From: Octopus vulgaris
Taxonomy: Eukaryota
DNA: 64,000 nucleotides
Assembly (NCBI GenBank): GCA_951406725.2
Contig: OX597820.1
Coordinates: 91,946,001 to 92,010,000 of the forward strand
Reading direction: 5' to 3'
The notes under the pieces are model-generated. The model saw nothing but the letters and a program-made list of their open reading frames with translations, was not told the DNA's origin and made no database searches. This document shows positions 11,699 through 26,433 of the stretch, one piece after another. How positions within the stretch are numbered: the stretch's first letter is position 1; every line of letters begins with the position of its first letter. Both the position numbers and the translations under genes were made by a program.

Positions 11699-13858
11699 GT
11701 TTTTTTTTTTAGTTTTTTTTTATTATCATTGTTGTTGTTGTTGTAGTTTCGAATATGTCGGCTGCTACTAGACTTATTTTACTAAAAGCGACTTATTAAG
11801 AATGGAAAATTTTAATTCAGTTACAAATGTTCTAATACCAAAATAAAACTGAGATTATGTATCATAGGCTTCTGGCAAAGAAATAATAACGCTGAAACCT
11901 CTATTTTGAAGTATATATATCGTCTTATTGATAACTAAAGTGCTGTCTGAAGTGGAAACAAGATGTGATAGTTAAACTGGGGCATTAAACATCTTTCAGT
12001 GACATGGGCCATAAATAAGCAGCCATTGTGCACAAAGTCATCTAGTTCAAGTTTACTTTAACCTTGTTCTAATCAATATTTTGACATCTGTATCAATTCT
12101 TAGCGGCTATTTCAGAGATCAATATTTGGACGACCTATTCCAATTGTCTTTAATACCTACCTTGATTGGTTAATAAGAGTGGCGTGTCAGTTATTGCATT
12201 ATCGAATCGGGCAGCTGATGCTACAGCTGCGAGATCATTTTGCATTGATTTTCCCCATACTTCACTGGGAAACTTTAATTTGATAGATTTAAGCACATCA
12301 TAACTACCGGGAATGTTCAAGTGATTGATTGAATATAGGAATATTTGCTCCAAATACCTGCGGCAACATAGTATAATGTAAGAAGGACATATTATCTTAG
12401 CGGTGTCAACAACGAATAACTACTAGATATTTTGTGTGTGAATTTTTTTTCTAATTTGTTTGACATTCTTTGTTTAAAATAGTAAAATGTTTTCAACAGT
12501 AAGATGTTCTAGTAAAAATATGCTTCACTTGGTTTCTTTACGAATGCTGAAATTTCTTGAAAGATTTTAATACCTCGCTATTTTCCTTGAGTGTAAAAAC
12601 ATGGAGCACCGAATGTAATCGAATTTGTCTTTTCACTTTAGTAGAATATTTGAGGTTCAATTAATCGATCAAATCTCTCCCATACCATTTTTGGAACTCT
12701 GCATAGCTACAAAACGTAATCATTATTTAAACATTGCAAATCAAGAGATTTAAATGATTTTATATGCAAGCATACAAGATAAAACCTATAATTACTAGGC
12801 AACTACACCCAGTAAGTGATAAACATAATTTACAACCTAGAGAGACCCATAGGATGGACACTGTCAATCAATGTCTGTTGCTGGATTCAATAATAACGTT
12901 GCTGCTTGAAATTAGACTGTAGAGTAATTTCATTTGATATAATTGTTGATGAACGGTATAGTCTGTACTTATAGCTATGGCTAGACCTAACTGAATTCTC
13001 TCTCTGAATTATTTTCTGACAGTGCCTGAAAACGTTACAGGTGTTTAAGTTCATGTTTCCGGCTAGCATTTCAATACTTGTCTGCTGGTATGAGATGCCT
13101 AAGATGCATAATTGTTATATAATATCTATAAGCCCCAAATTTCCCTTTAAATAGAAGGGGTTTTAATGAAGAATTTAATCATGTGATGTTTACAAACATT
13201 CTAGCTATAGAGAGAAAACATCTTCAAAACATCTCCCATCCACGTTATCAAATGGGATGCACTTTCCAAGGAAATTATACTGTTCATTCAAGATAAATGA
13301 AGTAAGAATATCACATATACTAGGATATTTTAATCTTATAACTAAGGTAACATCTACAAGCAGAAGCGTCCGGCGCAGTTATGAGTCAGCAACAAGTAAG
13401 CTAAAATGATATTTGATAGTTACAATAAATGTAGCCGATGCTTGGCGAAGGGGTAATACGACTTTCTGAGTTAAGATTATATCTAGAGCTATTTTATGAA
13501 ACGAGGTAAAATTTATGAAAATAAAGTCACTGAAATAATATTTCAGATCTCGATCTGTTCTAGGTGATCAGGAAAACACACAGATAAAAATATTAACTTA
13601 CAATATCCTGAACATTATCAGCTATTTTGGCTCCTAGAAGAGGTAAATCAGAAGAACTGCTAAGCTACTTAAGTTAATCGTCGTTGTCATTAATACTGTC
13701 TCTCAGTGGATAAGTATTATAGATTCAAATCTTTTGACATTATATATGTATCTACAATTATGACAACCACACATTTGCACATAGACATATTACATACTTA
13801 TATATGTATATACATACATATGTAGTTATATATGCATAGATATATAAACATAGAAGTA

Positions 13859-14056
13859 TGCACACATATACACAAACATACACACTCATATATATATATA
13901 TATATATATAGTCAACATTTTATTATGCACACATATACACAAACATACACACTCATATATATATATATATATATATATAGTCAACATTTTATTATGCACA
14001 CATATACACAAACATACACACTGATATATATATATATATATACTCAACATTTTATT
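13859..14056. repeat. Three tandem copies of a 60-70-bp unit containing (TA)n
   Basis: GCACACATATACACAAACATACACACTC(AT)nAGTCAACATTTTATTA x3. Confidence 0.9.
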
Positions 14057-15004
14057 AGAATTGATAAAATATCTTCATCATCATCACCTGTCCCATCGGT
14101 GCGATAGATCTATAAAATGATTTCCGCAGGAAATTTATCCTCGTTGTGTCACACTGCGGGTAAAGATGATTAAAGGTGGTATTAAAACAATGGTAATGAA
14201 ATTTGTAATTGTTATGTAATAATAATAACTAGAAAGATTGCTGAAATGACGATCAATGTGAAACGCCAGCAATGACCGCTCAGCATATATATTAATAATG
14301 ATGTTAAATCAAGATTATTATTACTCCAGTTATTATAAAAATAATTATTGTCATAATTATAATAATCATAATAATAATACGAAAGCATTTATATATCACT
14401 AGTAATAATAGTAATTATATTTATTGCTATCATTTCAATATATTACAAATGTCCTTGAAATATTGGACAGTGATTAGTTAACGCAGAGAATCGCTTGTTT
14501 GTCAAAAAAGTATTTGGTGATATGATACATACTTCTGTAGGTTCTGAGTTCATCCTCCTGAACTTTCAACTTCTGAGATTTGTGTAAATAGAAGCAATGA
14601 AGTTGAAATCGGTTTCTTACAGCATAAGTGAATATGTTTGTTCACTATAACGAAAGTAAAACTTCTTATTTGGTGATTCCATTCACGTATACCTTAGAAA
14701 TCATGCATAAAATATTTAATACATCTCCGAGCTGCTTTGTCCCCAAGGACAGATATAGCTATGTTATGTGGACGTTTATCGTTCTACTTGTAGTAATTCA
14801 TTATTATTTCTAACATACAATTTATACGATACAACAATATTTTAGATAAAATAATTAGCATTATAAACAAAATCGAAGGTTACATCGTGTGCTTTGTTCA
14901 TGTGTTTCATTGCAATCATGACTTATCTTTAGCCTCTCTCTTGTCTGGATAGTGATGAGACAGAATTGTAATTATTAGGTTAATAATTATTATTATAGTT
15001 CGTT

Positions 15005-15195
15005 TATTTGGTACAAAACCAGTAATTTTCAGAGAAGTGTGGTTTAGTTGGATGCATCGATCTCAGTACTTGACAGGTTCTTATTTTGTCCCGAAAGTTA
15101 CTCTCGGCTATATTTGTACTCAGAACGCAAAGAGCAGGAAGAAACCCTGTTAGCATTCTGTCCGACGCGCTAACGACATTAGCATCGCATCACCG
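15005..15195 (-). mobile_element. SINE family B copy (diverged)
   Basis: TCGATCTCAGTACTTGAC...CTCAGAACG...TCCGACGCGCTAACGA, reverse complement of family B. Confidence 0.65.
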
Positions 15196-16383
15196 TGAGT
15201 ATAATAACAACTACCAAATTTTAAAAAAAAACGATAGTGATGTTGATTAAGTTGATGATGCCAAATTTTCTCCCTGTTTTTAACAATTTTACTCGAATTA
15301 CCAGTCTTTGTTTTTATTGTTTTATATTTATTATCTATGATGAGATTTACTATATATAATTACATCTCGGCTCCATTATAGATGAATACTTTGTCTAGCT
15401 TAAGGACGGATGCAAGTTCTCTTAGCTATGTAAAGACATTATGATTTAAAATCCCAATATCATTTGCTTTATTGAAATTCAGGATTATTTATGATTATAT
15501 TTTCATTATTTTGATAAATTTACAGAAAACATTTGTGTATTGTTCGGTTGAAACAAGTTACGTTGCAAGTTGCAGACGCCGCAAAAACAAAATAAAAAAC
15601 AAATGTATCTCATATCTAGTGAACTCGATATGTATACATAAATATTTCAGTTACGCGAGTCATGTCTGATTTTGAATGATAAACCTAGATTTCAAATAAA
15701 TTTTTGAGATAATACAACGCATGAAGGCATTAACCAAAACAATAATAGGGACAATCTAAAACAATTTAAAATTCGTCTTCGCAATTCCAAATAAATTAAT
15801 ATATAATTGATGATCATAAAACATTACGATATAAGCGAGCTCCAGATTTGTATTTTGATTTAAACGTGAATTCTAGCTCTCTATATCGAACTAATTCAAT
15901 ACCATTTGGGGAGTATTTGCTAATATATTAAAATAATTTATTTTGTTTACAATAACTGATATTTTTTCTTGTAAATACAAAATACAACCTAATTATCTTA
16001 ATGGATTTTCTCTTGTGTTTCTTACATTTGTCTAATCTATTTTTGCGGCTAAATCTTGTCAAAGCTATATATTTATGCAGACTAATAACATGGCTAAATT
16101 ACTATCCAATTTTCGAAAGCAAAAAACAGCAACTTATTCACTTCGGTCCCTAAATCCAATTGTCAATAATTCTTAATGACATGTCTTTTTTCTCATGCAT
16201 TTTATAAATCAATGTCTACATTTTGCCTTTTCACCGTTTGTTCTATGGACAAACAGATTCCAGAGTACGTATATTATTTTATATTATACAAGATGTTAAC
16301 AAACTTTCTGATCGGTTACCGTTGAATATATATGTATAAGTAAATGTATTTGCAAACATATATGTATATATGCGTGCGTGTGA

Positions 16384-16421
<38 letters not shown>

Positions 16422-16478
16422 GACATATGTATGTATATATGTATATGTATATATATATTATATAGCTATATGTATGTA

Positions 16479-16582
<104 letters not shown>

Positions 16583-17626
16583 TTTGTTGATGCACACAGC
16601 AAAATGGAGCTCAAAACATGGGTATGGAAATGTTTCCTATTGATGATCGGCAGAAATTGCCGAATGATTCAAGCATCGAGAGTGTGGTGCTAAGGCACTT
16701 ATCAAACTGCTTTCCAAACAACGGGCATATTTTAAGAAACCGGCGATAGTGCTATTTCCCTGGATCCTTCGGAAATAAATCATAAAATCATTTAAAGTAT
16801 CACGGGGAGAATGCAAATTTTGTTCAAATAATTTACTCCTTGCGCCGTTCAATAAATAAATACTTCAAGAAATACATAAATAAGGATAAAATATATATTT
16901 TATTTTGCGGCTGTTCATCTGAAAGTTGTATAGCTGCGCGTATGTATGTAAGAAAGTGTGTGTGTATGAGTGTGGCTGTGTGTGTGTGTGTATGTGTGCC
17001 TGTGTGTGTACACGTGCGTGAAATTGTATATATGTATGTATGTGGATGTGTATGTATATGAATATGTTTAAGTGCATTTCCTCACTTATGTATGTTTACA
17101 CTTCTGTGTTTTATATTTATGCATATATGTGTGAGTGTGTCGCCATGATTATGCATGTATATATATATATATATATATATATGAATACACTCAGAGACAC
17201 AGACACATACACGCACATATGTATTATGCATTTCTATGTATTAAGGTACATATTGTACTGATATTCACCGGCACACTAAGATTTTCGTACGTAAGTATGA
17301 ATGCATATTTTTAAATGTTCCTTATTTATTTATTAAATGGAGTTACGGGCAAACCATTTCAAAAGTATGCATTACTCACGTGATATTGTAATTTCATTTT
17401 TTATAAATGCTCTAGAACAATCCACTGAAATGCTATTATCACCGGTATATAAATATACCTGTGCTTTGACACAAGGTTAACAAGGGTCAAAGCACAAAAC
17501 TCGCGGCCCATCAGTCTCTCTGTAACTTCTGCCAATTATTAGTAAAAACAACGTATGTACATACACACAAATACATGTACATGAGTGAGGGTATATATAT
17601 ATATGTGTGTGTGTACGTGTATGTTG

Positions 17627-17694
<68 letters not shown>

Positions 17695-17976
17695 TATGTG
17701 TATATATAATTATATACACATACATACTTACATATATTTATATATATATTTCAACGTAGGTGTGGATGTTTATAAATAAATATTTCCTTTGAATACACAT
17801 ATGCACATTTTTTGTTTATCTAAAGTGATTTATATATATATACATATATACATACGTATCAATATATATATAAGCTTGTAGAAATATGCTGTGTATATGT
17901 ACATACATATGTATGCACATGTGTGTAGATATAGATGTATATATATAAAAGTGTGAATATATATATCATATACGTT

Positions 17977-18049
<73 letters not shown>

Positions 18050-18533
18050 TTATAAATACATGGATATATACACATATCACACAGTCTCATACATATATGT
18101 GGATAGATGTGTGTGTGTGTGTATGTGTGCGTAGGGGGGGGGTGTTTACACATATCAGAAAAAATACAGACGATTGTTACTGTACACTTCGCTGTTGTTT
18201 CGTATACCATGTGGTATATGTAGAAGAGGAATACTAAAGGCTCATGTAAACTAACAACTAAGAATGTTGGATAAAATCTGGTACATAAAAATGTAAATAA
18301 ATTTATGTAGTTATTCACCGCTACAAACACGTTATTATGCTTGCGAAGACACTGGTTTAATCTCAAGCATATGGACATTTATCAATTATGATGATTAGAA
18401 AATAATATACCTGTATTTATACATGTATGTCTACAAAGGAATATTCGTGCTTTTATCCTGCATGTATATATATACATATGTGTGTGTGTGTGCGTGTGTG
18501 TGTGTGTGCGTGCGTGTGTGTATGTGTGTGTGC

Positions 18534-18588
<55 letters not shown>

Positions 18589-18591
<3 letters not shown>

Positions 18592-18828
18592 ATAAAAATG
18601 ATAAGACAACAAAAGAATGAAAGAGACCTCGATATTATGTAAATAGAAGAATTTATCTGTAAATGTAATATGTGACAATTTTTCGGTAGCCATGGTAAAA
18701 CTCCGAGTTTCGAATGCCGAGGTGGAAATCCACGCCGCCATCTCTGCAGTTCTCTGGCCTGATTTCCACCTCGGCATCCGAAACTCGGAGTTTTATCATG
18801 GCTACCGAATAATTATCACATATTACAT
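18589..18828. mobile_element. (TA)n-flanked fold-back element: 68-bp arms (18663-18730 / 18761-18828), 30-nt loop
   Basis: Arms are reverse complements with 4 mismatches; CGAAACTCGGAGTT motif present. Confidence 0.9.
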
Positions 18829-18841
18829 ATATATATATATG

Positions 18842-18877
<36 letters not shown>

Positions 18878-19687
18878 TGTATGTATGTATGTATGTATGT
18901 ATGTCAGACAAATTAGAAAAATATCGACGCATACATAGCGTTCTGAACGATGGCGTATGATATTAAGCCCTTGTTTGGATTTGTAACGTCGGTAGAGATT
19001 ATCATATTTGGCCTCCTGTAGGCCACTCTCCTTGTATATTAGCACAATATTTGTGAATCTTAAAGAAACAAAATCCCGCTTTGTTGAAATTTGCTATTTT
19101 GGCCGTCTGTCGATATTTAGATGCAGGGTTATTCCAGTGATTGCCATGATTTGTTATTGTGATTTAGCAGAAGAAAGATTTTTAAAGTGTTCCGATTGGA
19201 AAATCAGTGACTAGAGAGTAATACATCGACCATAGGGCCAAGCCATAGTTTTTCTGTAAATTTGATATAATTCCTAGCTATATGGTGGTAACGAAATATA
19301 GGAATCAGTTCAAAAGCACAGTTTTTAGAACGCAACACACACAAAAATACTGAGTAAACCTGATTTATCAACAAAAGCAACGTAGAGTCGCATGCTACTG
19401 AAATACGTTAGTTTTATCTCTTTGACTATGCTTAAACAAGTAGAATTCACCCTTCCCGCATAAATATGATATTCTACGGCATCTTACATTTTACACATTT
19501 GTACATTACGATTGAAGGAGGACAAACAAATACTGCACGCGTGTGACTATACACACACACACATACAGACACACATATATTCATTTATATTGATGCATAG
19601 ATGTATATATGTATGTAAAATAAATATATGTTAAAATTAAATGTCTGCACGTATATAGCTATATATATGTGTATATATATGTATATA

Positions 19688-19734
<47 letters not shown>

Positions 19735-19982
19735 GTATATATGTATGTATATATATATACATTTGTGTATATACACTCACAGGTACACGCGGGCCGCATG
19801 CACACAAATATAATTTCTGCCACAATTTGTTGTTTGTCCATAGGGAAATATCAACCGAAGTGAATATATATATATATATTGGAAAATGTTTAAAAGTCAC
19901 TATCGACCCGGGTAACAGGATATTTAGCTGTTCGAAATGCGCATAAATTTCTCTTGAAATGGATGTGAATACCCATACATAA

Positions 19983-20058
<76 letters not shown>

Positions 20059-20149
20059 ACACATACATGCATGCACATGTTGAACAAACATACTCATGAG
20101 AATAATCATCAGCATACACAAGCTTCTTATGTCAGTTCTTAGTGCATCG

Positions 20150-20345
20150 GAAATTTCTCGGAACTAATACGCTTCCCTTCGGTTCTGTCATCTATGAAAT
20201 TCCTAAGGTTTTGGACAGTGCATCCAGTGTCTTCTAGCAACTGGTTGGCGTAATTCTATTTTTGTGCTACCTCTTCCCATTTTAGCATGTGAAGGTCACC
20301 ACAGAAGAAATTATGCTGTTAGCTACCCCTTGTTACGCCAGCATT
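20150..20345 (-). pseudogene. RTE-clade LINE C-terminal remnant
   Basis: Minus-strand translation LLW*PSHAKW...NYANQLLEDTGCTVQNLRNFIDDRTE resembles the RTE C-terminus (LLWxPxHG...YxxQLxxDTG...MxDR); contains stops. Confidence 0.55.
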
Positions 20346-20417
20346 GGCCATCAAATCTCAAATTGTATAATACACAGGATATTTAAGGATAGCTTTTTGT
20401 GATTCATGCGTTGACGC

Positions 20418-20458
<41 letters not shown>

Positions 20459-20512
20459 GTACACATACATATATATATACACATGCATACTTACATATAT
20501 ACATACATACAC

Positions 20513-20549
<37 letters not shown>

Positions 20550-21027
20550 CACACACACTGACACAAATATATATATATATATATATATGACTATATACAT
20601 ATATTCATTCATTGCCATGCATACACACATACACACAGTTATACATGCATAACCTTACATACGTACACTAATTTATGCGTTTGTATATATATTTGTGTGT
20701 TTGTGTGTATATCTTAATAGAAGCATAATTATAATAATTTTGCTCCATTTTTCTGATCTGAGCAAGATGTGATAACAATATTCAATATAGCTGAAATCAA
20801 CATATAAATCTAATGCTATGTTTCTTCTTTTCCCGAGTTACTCGAAAACATATCTAGGAATTTTATTTAGGTATTGCCATTGTTTTTTCATAAGGTTGAA
20901 GCTTGTCACATTCACTTTAAATGCAGTTAGCTGACTGACAAATATGCACGTATGAAACACGAAGTAAACTCTCTCTGTGTGTATGTGTGTGTGTAGAAGG
21001 TTGAAAAGTAAAACATGATTTAACATT

Positions 21028-21352
21028 TATAAGGTAAATATAACAAGGTAGAAAATGCTAAACTAATTTTATCATGAAATACATTTTATTACGGTTAGTA
21101 CCGGTTTCAGGCTTTTCGACTTTTTCAACTAAGAGTAAAACAAAGGTGGATATTAATTAAGAAGGAGAAAAAACAATTGAATTGAAGAAAAAAATTAATT
21201 AAATGTTTTGTAAATATTTCCATAATCTTCAAATAGGTAGGACATTTTCCTGTCACTCCCTCTTTTTCTTTTTGAAGGCTCGGTAGATAGTAGCAGCTAC
21301 TGTCTACTGATGAAGTTATTTAACATTTTCTACTTTGTCTTATTTTCCTTAT
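21028..21352. mobile_element. Older fold-back element of the 5921-6397 family, with a U3-A8 HHR at 21095-21132 (-)
   Basis: Termini 21028-21075 and 21308-21352 are diverged inverted repeats. TAGAAAATGCTAAA is shared with 5945. Minus strand reads TTAG-TTGAAAA-AGTCGAAAAGCCT-GAAAC-CG-GTA-CTAA. Confidence 0.7.
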
Positions 21353-21744
21353 ATATATATATATATGGGCAGTTTCATGTGAGTATTCGTCAATCTAGTG
21401 CTTGCCGCCTTTAACTAGAGGAGTTAGTCGATACAGTGTACATTATTTTATCGAGCCGATTTGGATGAAACGGATTAGACTTCGCCGGGATTTGGACTCT
21501 GATTATAAACGAAGCAGAACAAATATAACAAATATTTTTCCAATTTGTTGTGATGCGCTAACGTTTCGGTCTGCACGTTAGCCGAAATAATTTTAATAAT
21601 AATGATAATACAAATGATGACGATTTCTTTATTAAAGCATTTGTGAAATCTTGTGTTTGCGGGATGAGATGGCGTGTAAATGCTCTTGTCAGTATGTCTG
21701 CGCGCGTGTATATATGTATGTAGACATACGTACAACGATCATGA

Positions 21745-22028
21745 TTGTTCCCTGCTTATCCGCTCAACGGAACAGCCAGCTCGTGAATGAAATTAATGTA
21801 CAAGTAGCTGAGCACTCCACAAGTACACGCACATTTAACGTGGTTCTCGAGGAGATTCAGTGTCATACAGAGTTTAAAATGGCTAGCGCTTCGATGTACA
21901 GGTACTTCTTACATTTGCCTGCTAGTGAACATGAAATAAAGAGTGTTGCTCAAGAACTCAACGCACTGTCGGTTTTCGAACGTACTACCTTCCGATTGTG
22001 AGTTCAATACGCTAACCACTAACACGCA
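21745..22028 (-). mobile_element. SINE family A copy
   Basis: Reverse complement of 1707-1972 motifs; tRNA-like head ...GCTAACCACTAA at the right end. Confidence 0.75.
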
Positions 22029-22072
22029 CACACGCATATATACATATATATATATATGTATGTATATACACA

Positions 22073-22125
<53 letters not shown>

Positions 22126-22149
22126 GTGTGTTTATAGATACAAATATAC

Positions 22150-22234
<85 letters not shown>

Positions 22235-23278
22235 TATATATGTATATATATATCCAAGATGATAAGGGACAGAAAAAACATATTTCATAGGTAAACAATT
22301 AACTTGTAAAACGCACAATGTCCGTTTAGTTAACCCTCTAGTCCGATTACCTATTATTTGTTTACATTGTTGCCACGTGACGAGTAAATGATTCGACAAT
22401 TCAGCCATATTATAAATGGCAATTTGAAATAACTCATCAGTGAGATCAATTGTTAGTACCCATAAAAGGAGAAAGGGTGGGTATGTTTACAGATGTCATA
22501 TATTTTCTGAAAGAGAAAAAAAGTTAGGTAGGGAGCAAAGAAGCTGAAGATGACAAAAGGGAATGAGAAGTCTCGAGGTAGAGCAATAAAAATCCTTAAC
22601 TTTGGCGTCGTGGAAGTAGTTGAAGGTATACAAAAGTCAATGATCATTAAGCTACACGATATTGCAACACGGCTACGATAGGTAATTCATGGTAACATTC
22701 TGAACACAGAAGTAATAAATTGCCCGCATAGAACAGTCACGGGAAAAATATATAGACTTAAAAATACTAAGCCCTGGGTTCGATAAATTCGACTATAAAT
22801 TCTTTAACGCGGTACTCCATGACTGAAACATGTAAAAGATAATGAAATATAAAATATATTTGAAGGAAAGTTTCTATCTTAGGAATTATGCTTTGTGATT
22901 GTACATCTAGGATTGGATTTCACTATGGGGCCAGTTTAACAAATATTGTTTCTATAGCTTAGGATCGACAGGAGTTATTTGAGTGAAACTGGATAAATAT
23001 CTTCACTGTAGTAATTCGTCGACTGGACTGAACTTGTACTTTCAACTGTCCATCCTTGTGTCCATTCGATGTCCATCCAAATGTTCATTCAAATGACCAT
23101 CGCTATGGCACAGCGATCCCATTTGAGAACTACTTCAGCTCTTTACGTTTATATGTATTATGCTCAGGCACTTGGAAAGGCGTATTCATTGCTTTGTAAG
23201 TTCACTTGTTCGAAACCGACAGACCAGTCTGTTATAATACACATACTAACATACACACACACACACTCGCAGAAACAC

Positions 23279-23319
<41 letters not shown>

Positions 23320-23572
23320 AGTTATATATAGTAAAATAAGGATTCAGATAGAATCAGTACTTGAAAAGATATGACAATTAGCCATCGTATGTTATTGTTC
23401 ATTTGATTATATGTGTGTATGTCTGTGTATGTCTGTAACATACGCACACTTACAGACATATGTATGTAGGTATTTATGTATACAGATAATTATCTAGCTT
23501 TAGAAATATAGTTTTAAGTTGTGCCTTGACTAAAAACGGTGCCTCTATAGAAAGGTTGGAAATGAGAGTAGA

Positions 23573-23639
<67 letters not shown>

Positions 23640-24014
23640 TGATGAGAAAGCAATCCTGCAGGGAAATAGCTAAAAATTAAGTAGTTCAGTGAATGCGGAC
23701 AAAAGTCGCGGGCTATACTGAACTATAATGAATCAGTGAATAGAGAATTAATATAGTGTAATTTGACTTCGAATCAAACTTTAGAAGGTAAGTTGTGCTA
23801 TGAGTACACCAGAAAAAAAAACTGTTACATTGCATAACATCACAGAAAAGGATACGAAAGATGCAATCTAACTAGAAGTGTTTAAACTGAAATAGAGCAT
23901 TTAAAAAAAATTAAGCAGGAAAGATCTCTTTCTCCCTCTCTTCTTCTCGTTCTCTCTATATACATAAATAAATGTATGCATACATATATACATACATACA
24001 TACACACTCACACA

Positions 24015-24067
<53 letters not shown>

Positions 24068-24073
<6 letters not shown>

Positions 24074-24358
24074 GTTCTTTGACATGTTTCAGCCCTAAGG
24101 TTATGGTCATGTTGGAGGACCTCACTGTACTGGTCCCTTTAATGCCCAATTCTATGCGATTGGCTTTTGGTGAAGGAGTTCAACATTGTTGCCCTCTTTT
24201 GAGTCTCCTTCCTTGATAGTCATTCACCTGTGACCATGGATAGCAGGAGGTCAAGTTGTTTTTTGAAAACATATATCCCTACTCCATGAAGATTCATCAG
24301 CTGTTTTGGCAAGGCGTGAAATAGCTGTGGCCTCTTGAATTCCAAGTTATTGCAGTAC
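24068..24358 (-). pseudogene. CR1/L2-group LINE 3' end (ORF2 C-terminus plus 3' UTR)
   Basis: Minus-strand translation YCNNLEFKRPQLFHALPKQLMNLHGVGIYVFKKQLDLLLSMVTGE resembles the CR1-group C-terminus (P.LFN.LP...FK..LD..L..VPDEP). Confidence 0.7.
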
Positions 24359-24690
24359 GTGGTCGTCAGAGAGAAAGCGTTTGTGTTATGGACTTCGTTG
24401 GCTCGCAGCTTGTCATCTCATTTTCTATTATACTCGTCAAACACTTCTATATACTCGTCAAACTCATCGTTCTGAAACATTACTATATTATGTTCTACAC
24501 CAAGTTATTAGTTTCGCAAAGCCTAAACGAAATATTAAAACACACACACAAACACTCACACACATAAACACACACAGAGACACACACACATACGTGTACA
24601 TATTGTTATTTATTTTCTATAAATATATGTGTGTGTGCGTATGCATACCAACCTAGAACACACCCGCACACACAAACACGCATATGTATC

Positions 24691-24725
<35 letters not shown>

Positions 24726-24805
24726 TTTATCTAAAAATATATATAAGTAGAAATTTATGTGCGTATACACACACGTACACAGACGTATATGTGCGTAAAC
24801 ACACA

Positions 24806-24862
<57 letters not shown>

Positions 24863-25186
24863 GCACGCACACAAATACTCACACACATGTGCGGAAATTA
24901 CATGAAATACATGTTTATATTATTAGTTCTTCCGATCTTTCCTCCCCTATGGTTACTGGGTTACTTACATTGGGCGTTCTGCAGGCATTTGAAACCTTTC
25001 AAGCAACCACCATGGGGAAATGTACGTAAGAACAAGTAATATAAAAGTGTATGAGTCGTAATTTTTACAACATTTAATCTGCATTTCATAAATACAAGAA
25101 GTAAACTGCACTACTTAAATCTACATGGAGCTCGAACCTTAGCAGCGGTCCTATATATCTTCGTACCTAAAATATACACTAAACAC

Positions 25187-25218
<32 letters not shown>

Positions 25219-25297
25219 ATACATACGTACATATATATATGCAACTAAATGTATATGTATAAATATACATAACTATCAATATTATATACAAACATAA

Positions 25298-25330
<33 letters not shown>

Positions 25331-25432
25331 AACATATATATATATGTGTGTGTGCGTGTGTATGAACCCCTTATTCGCAAAATCACCGAACCTGGAACTT
25401 AACTATGGTATGTCTATAGAATTTATTCAGTA

Positions 25433-25827
25433 CTAGCAGTATCGCCCGGCGTTGCTCGGGTTTGTAAGAGAAATAACTATATAAGCATTTTCAGAGATGT
25501 AAAGTATAATAGCCATCTCAATATGGCTAACCACAAAGAGGGGTGTTACTGTAGCTTTTTACGTTCTGAGATTTAATAATACATTTTTAGAGAGTTACTT
25601 CCCTTTATATGCCAAAAATGCATTAAAAATGGGAAAAAATTATGGTAATTTTGTTTTCAATCGTAGACTCATCGTAGATGCGCGCTAGTACCCAGAAGGG
25701 CTCGATATGAATCACGACTATAAGATACCCGGTTTTGGTTAAACTGCATCGCAAAATGTGGGAGTAGTTAGGAATCTAAATCGTAGGAGACAGACACCAC
25801 ACAACCTCACTTTTATATATATATAGA
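25433..25827 (-). mobile_element. Complete non-autonomous Helitron (395 bp)
   Basis: Minus strand: A|TCTATATATAT... 5' end, subterminal hairpin CCCGAGCAACGCCGGG, 3' CTAG|T. AT target, no TSD. Confidence 0.85.
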
Positions 25828-25844
25828 TTATCTGACACCATTTC

Positions 25845-25890
<46 letters not shown>

Positions 25891-25901
25891 TAGATAGATA
25901 T

Positions 25902-25988
<87 letters not shown>

Positions 25989-26380
25989 TAATGATGTAAG
26001 AAGTAAAGTAGCAGCTGCAATAGTAAGGTGTCAACAACGGTTCGAATTGAATTTCAGGGATTTGAGGTATAATAATATTTCCGCTCTCGATTTATTTCTT
26101 ATTAAGTATTGGCAGCAAAATCGAAGTGGCAGGCGGGAATGAAAAGATGCATGCAATATTAAATATTGGATTTTGTGTAGCTTTTGTATATTAATTATCC
26201 CTTTTATTATGCTATTATTCTTTGGTTGCGGTTGGACAAATCACACGATGAGGACTTTAAGAAATTAATCATATGATATTAAACAAAATTTAATAAACTA
26301 TTGTGTAAAGTCAATGTATTGTAATATAATATAATTTTATGTATTATCATGTCTACAGGCATTAACATATATTAACATCA

Positions 26381-26433
<53 letters not shown>

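Noticed and set aside
13090-13290. Possible PLE RT start (MPKMH)
   Set aside because: Single short motif among many stops.
13859-14056. CRISPR-like repeat-spacer array
   Set aside because: Spacers are just (TA)n, the context is eukaryotic, and there are no cas genes.
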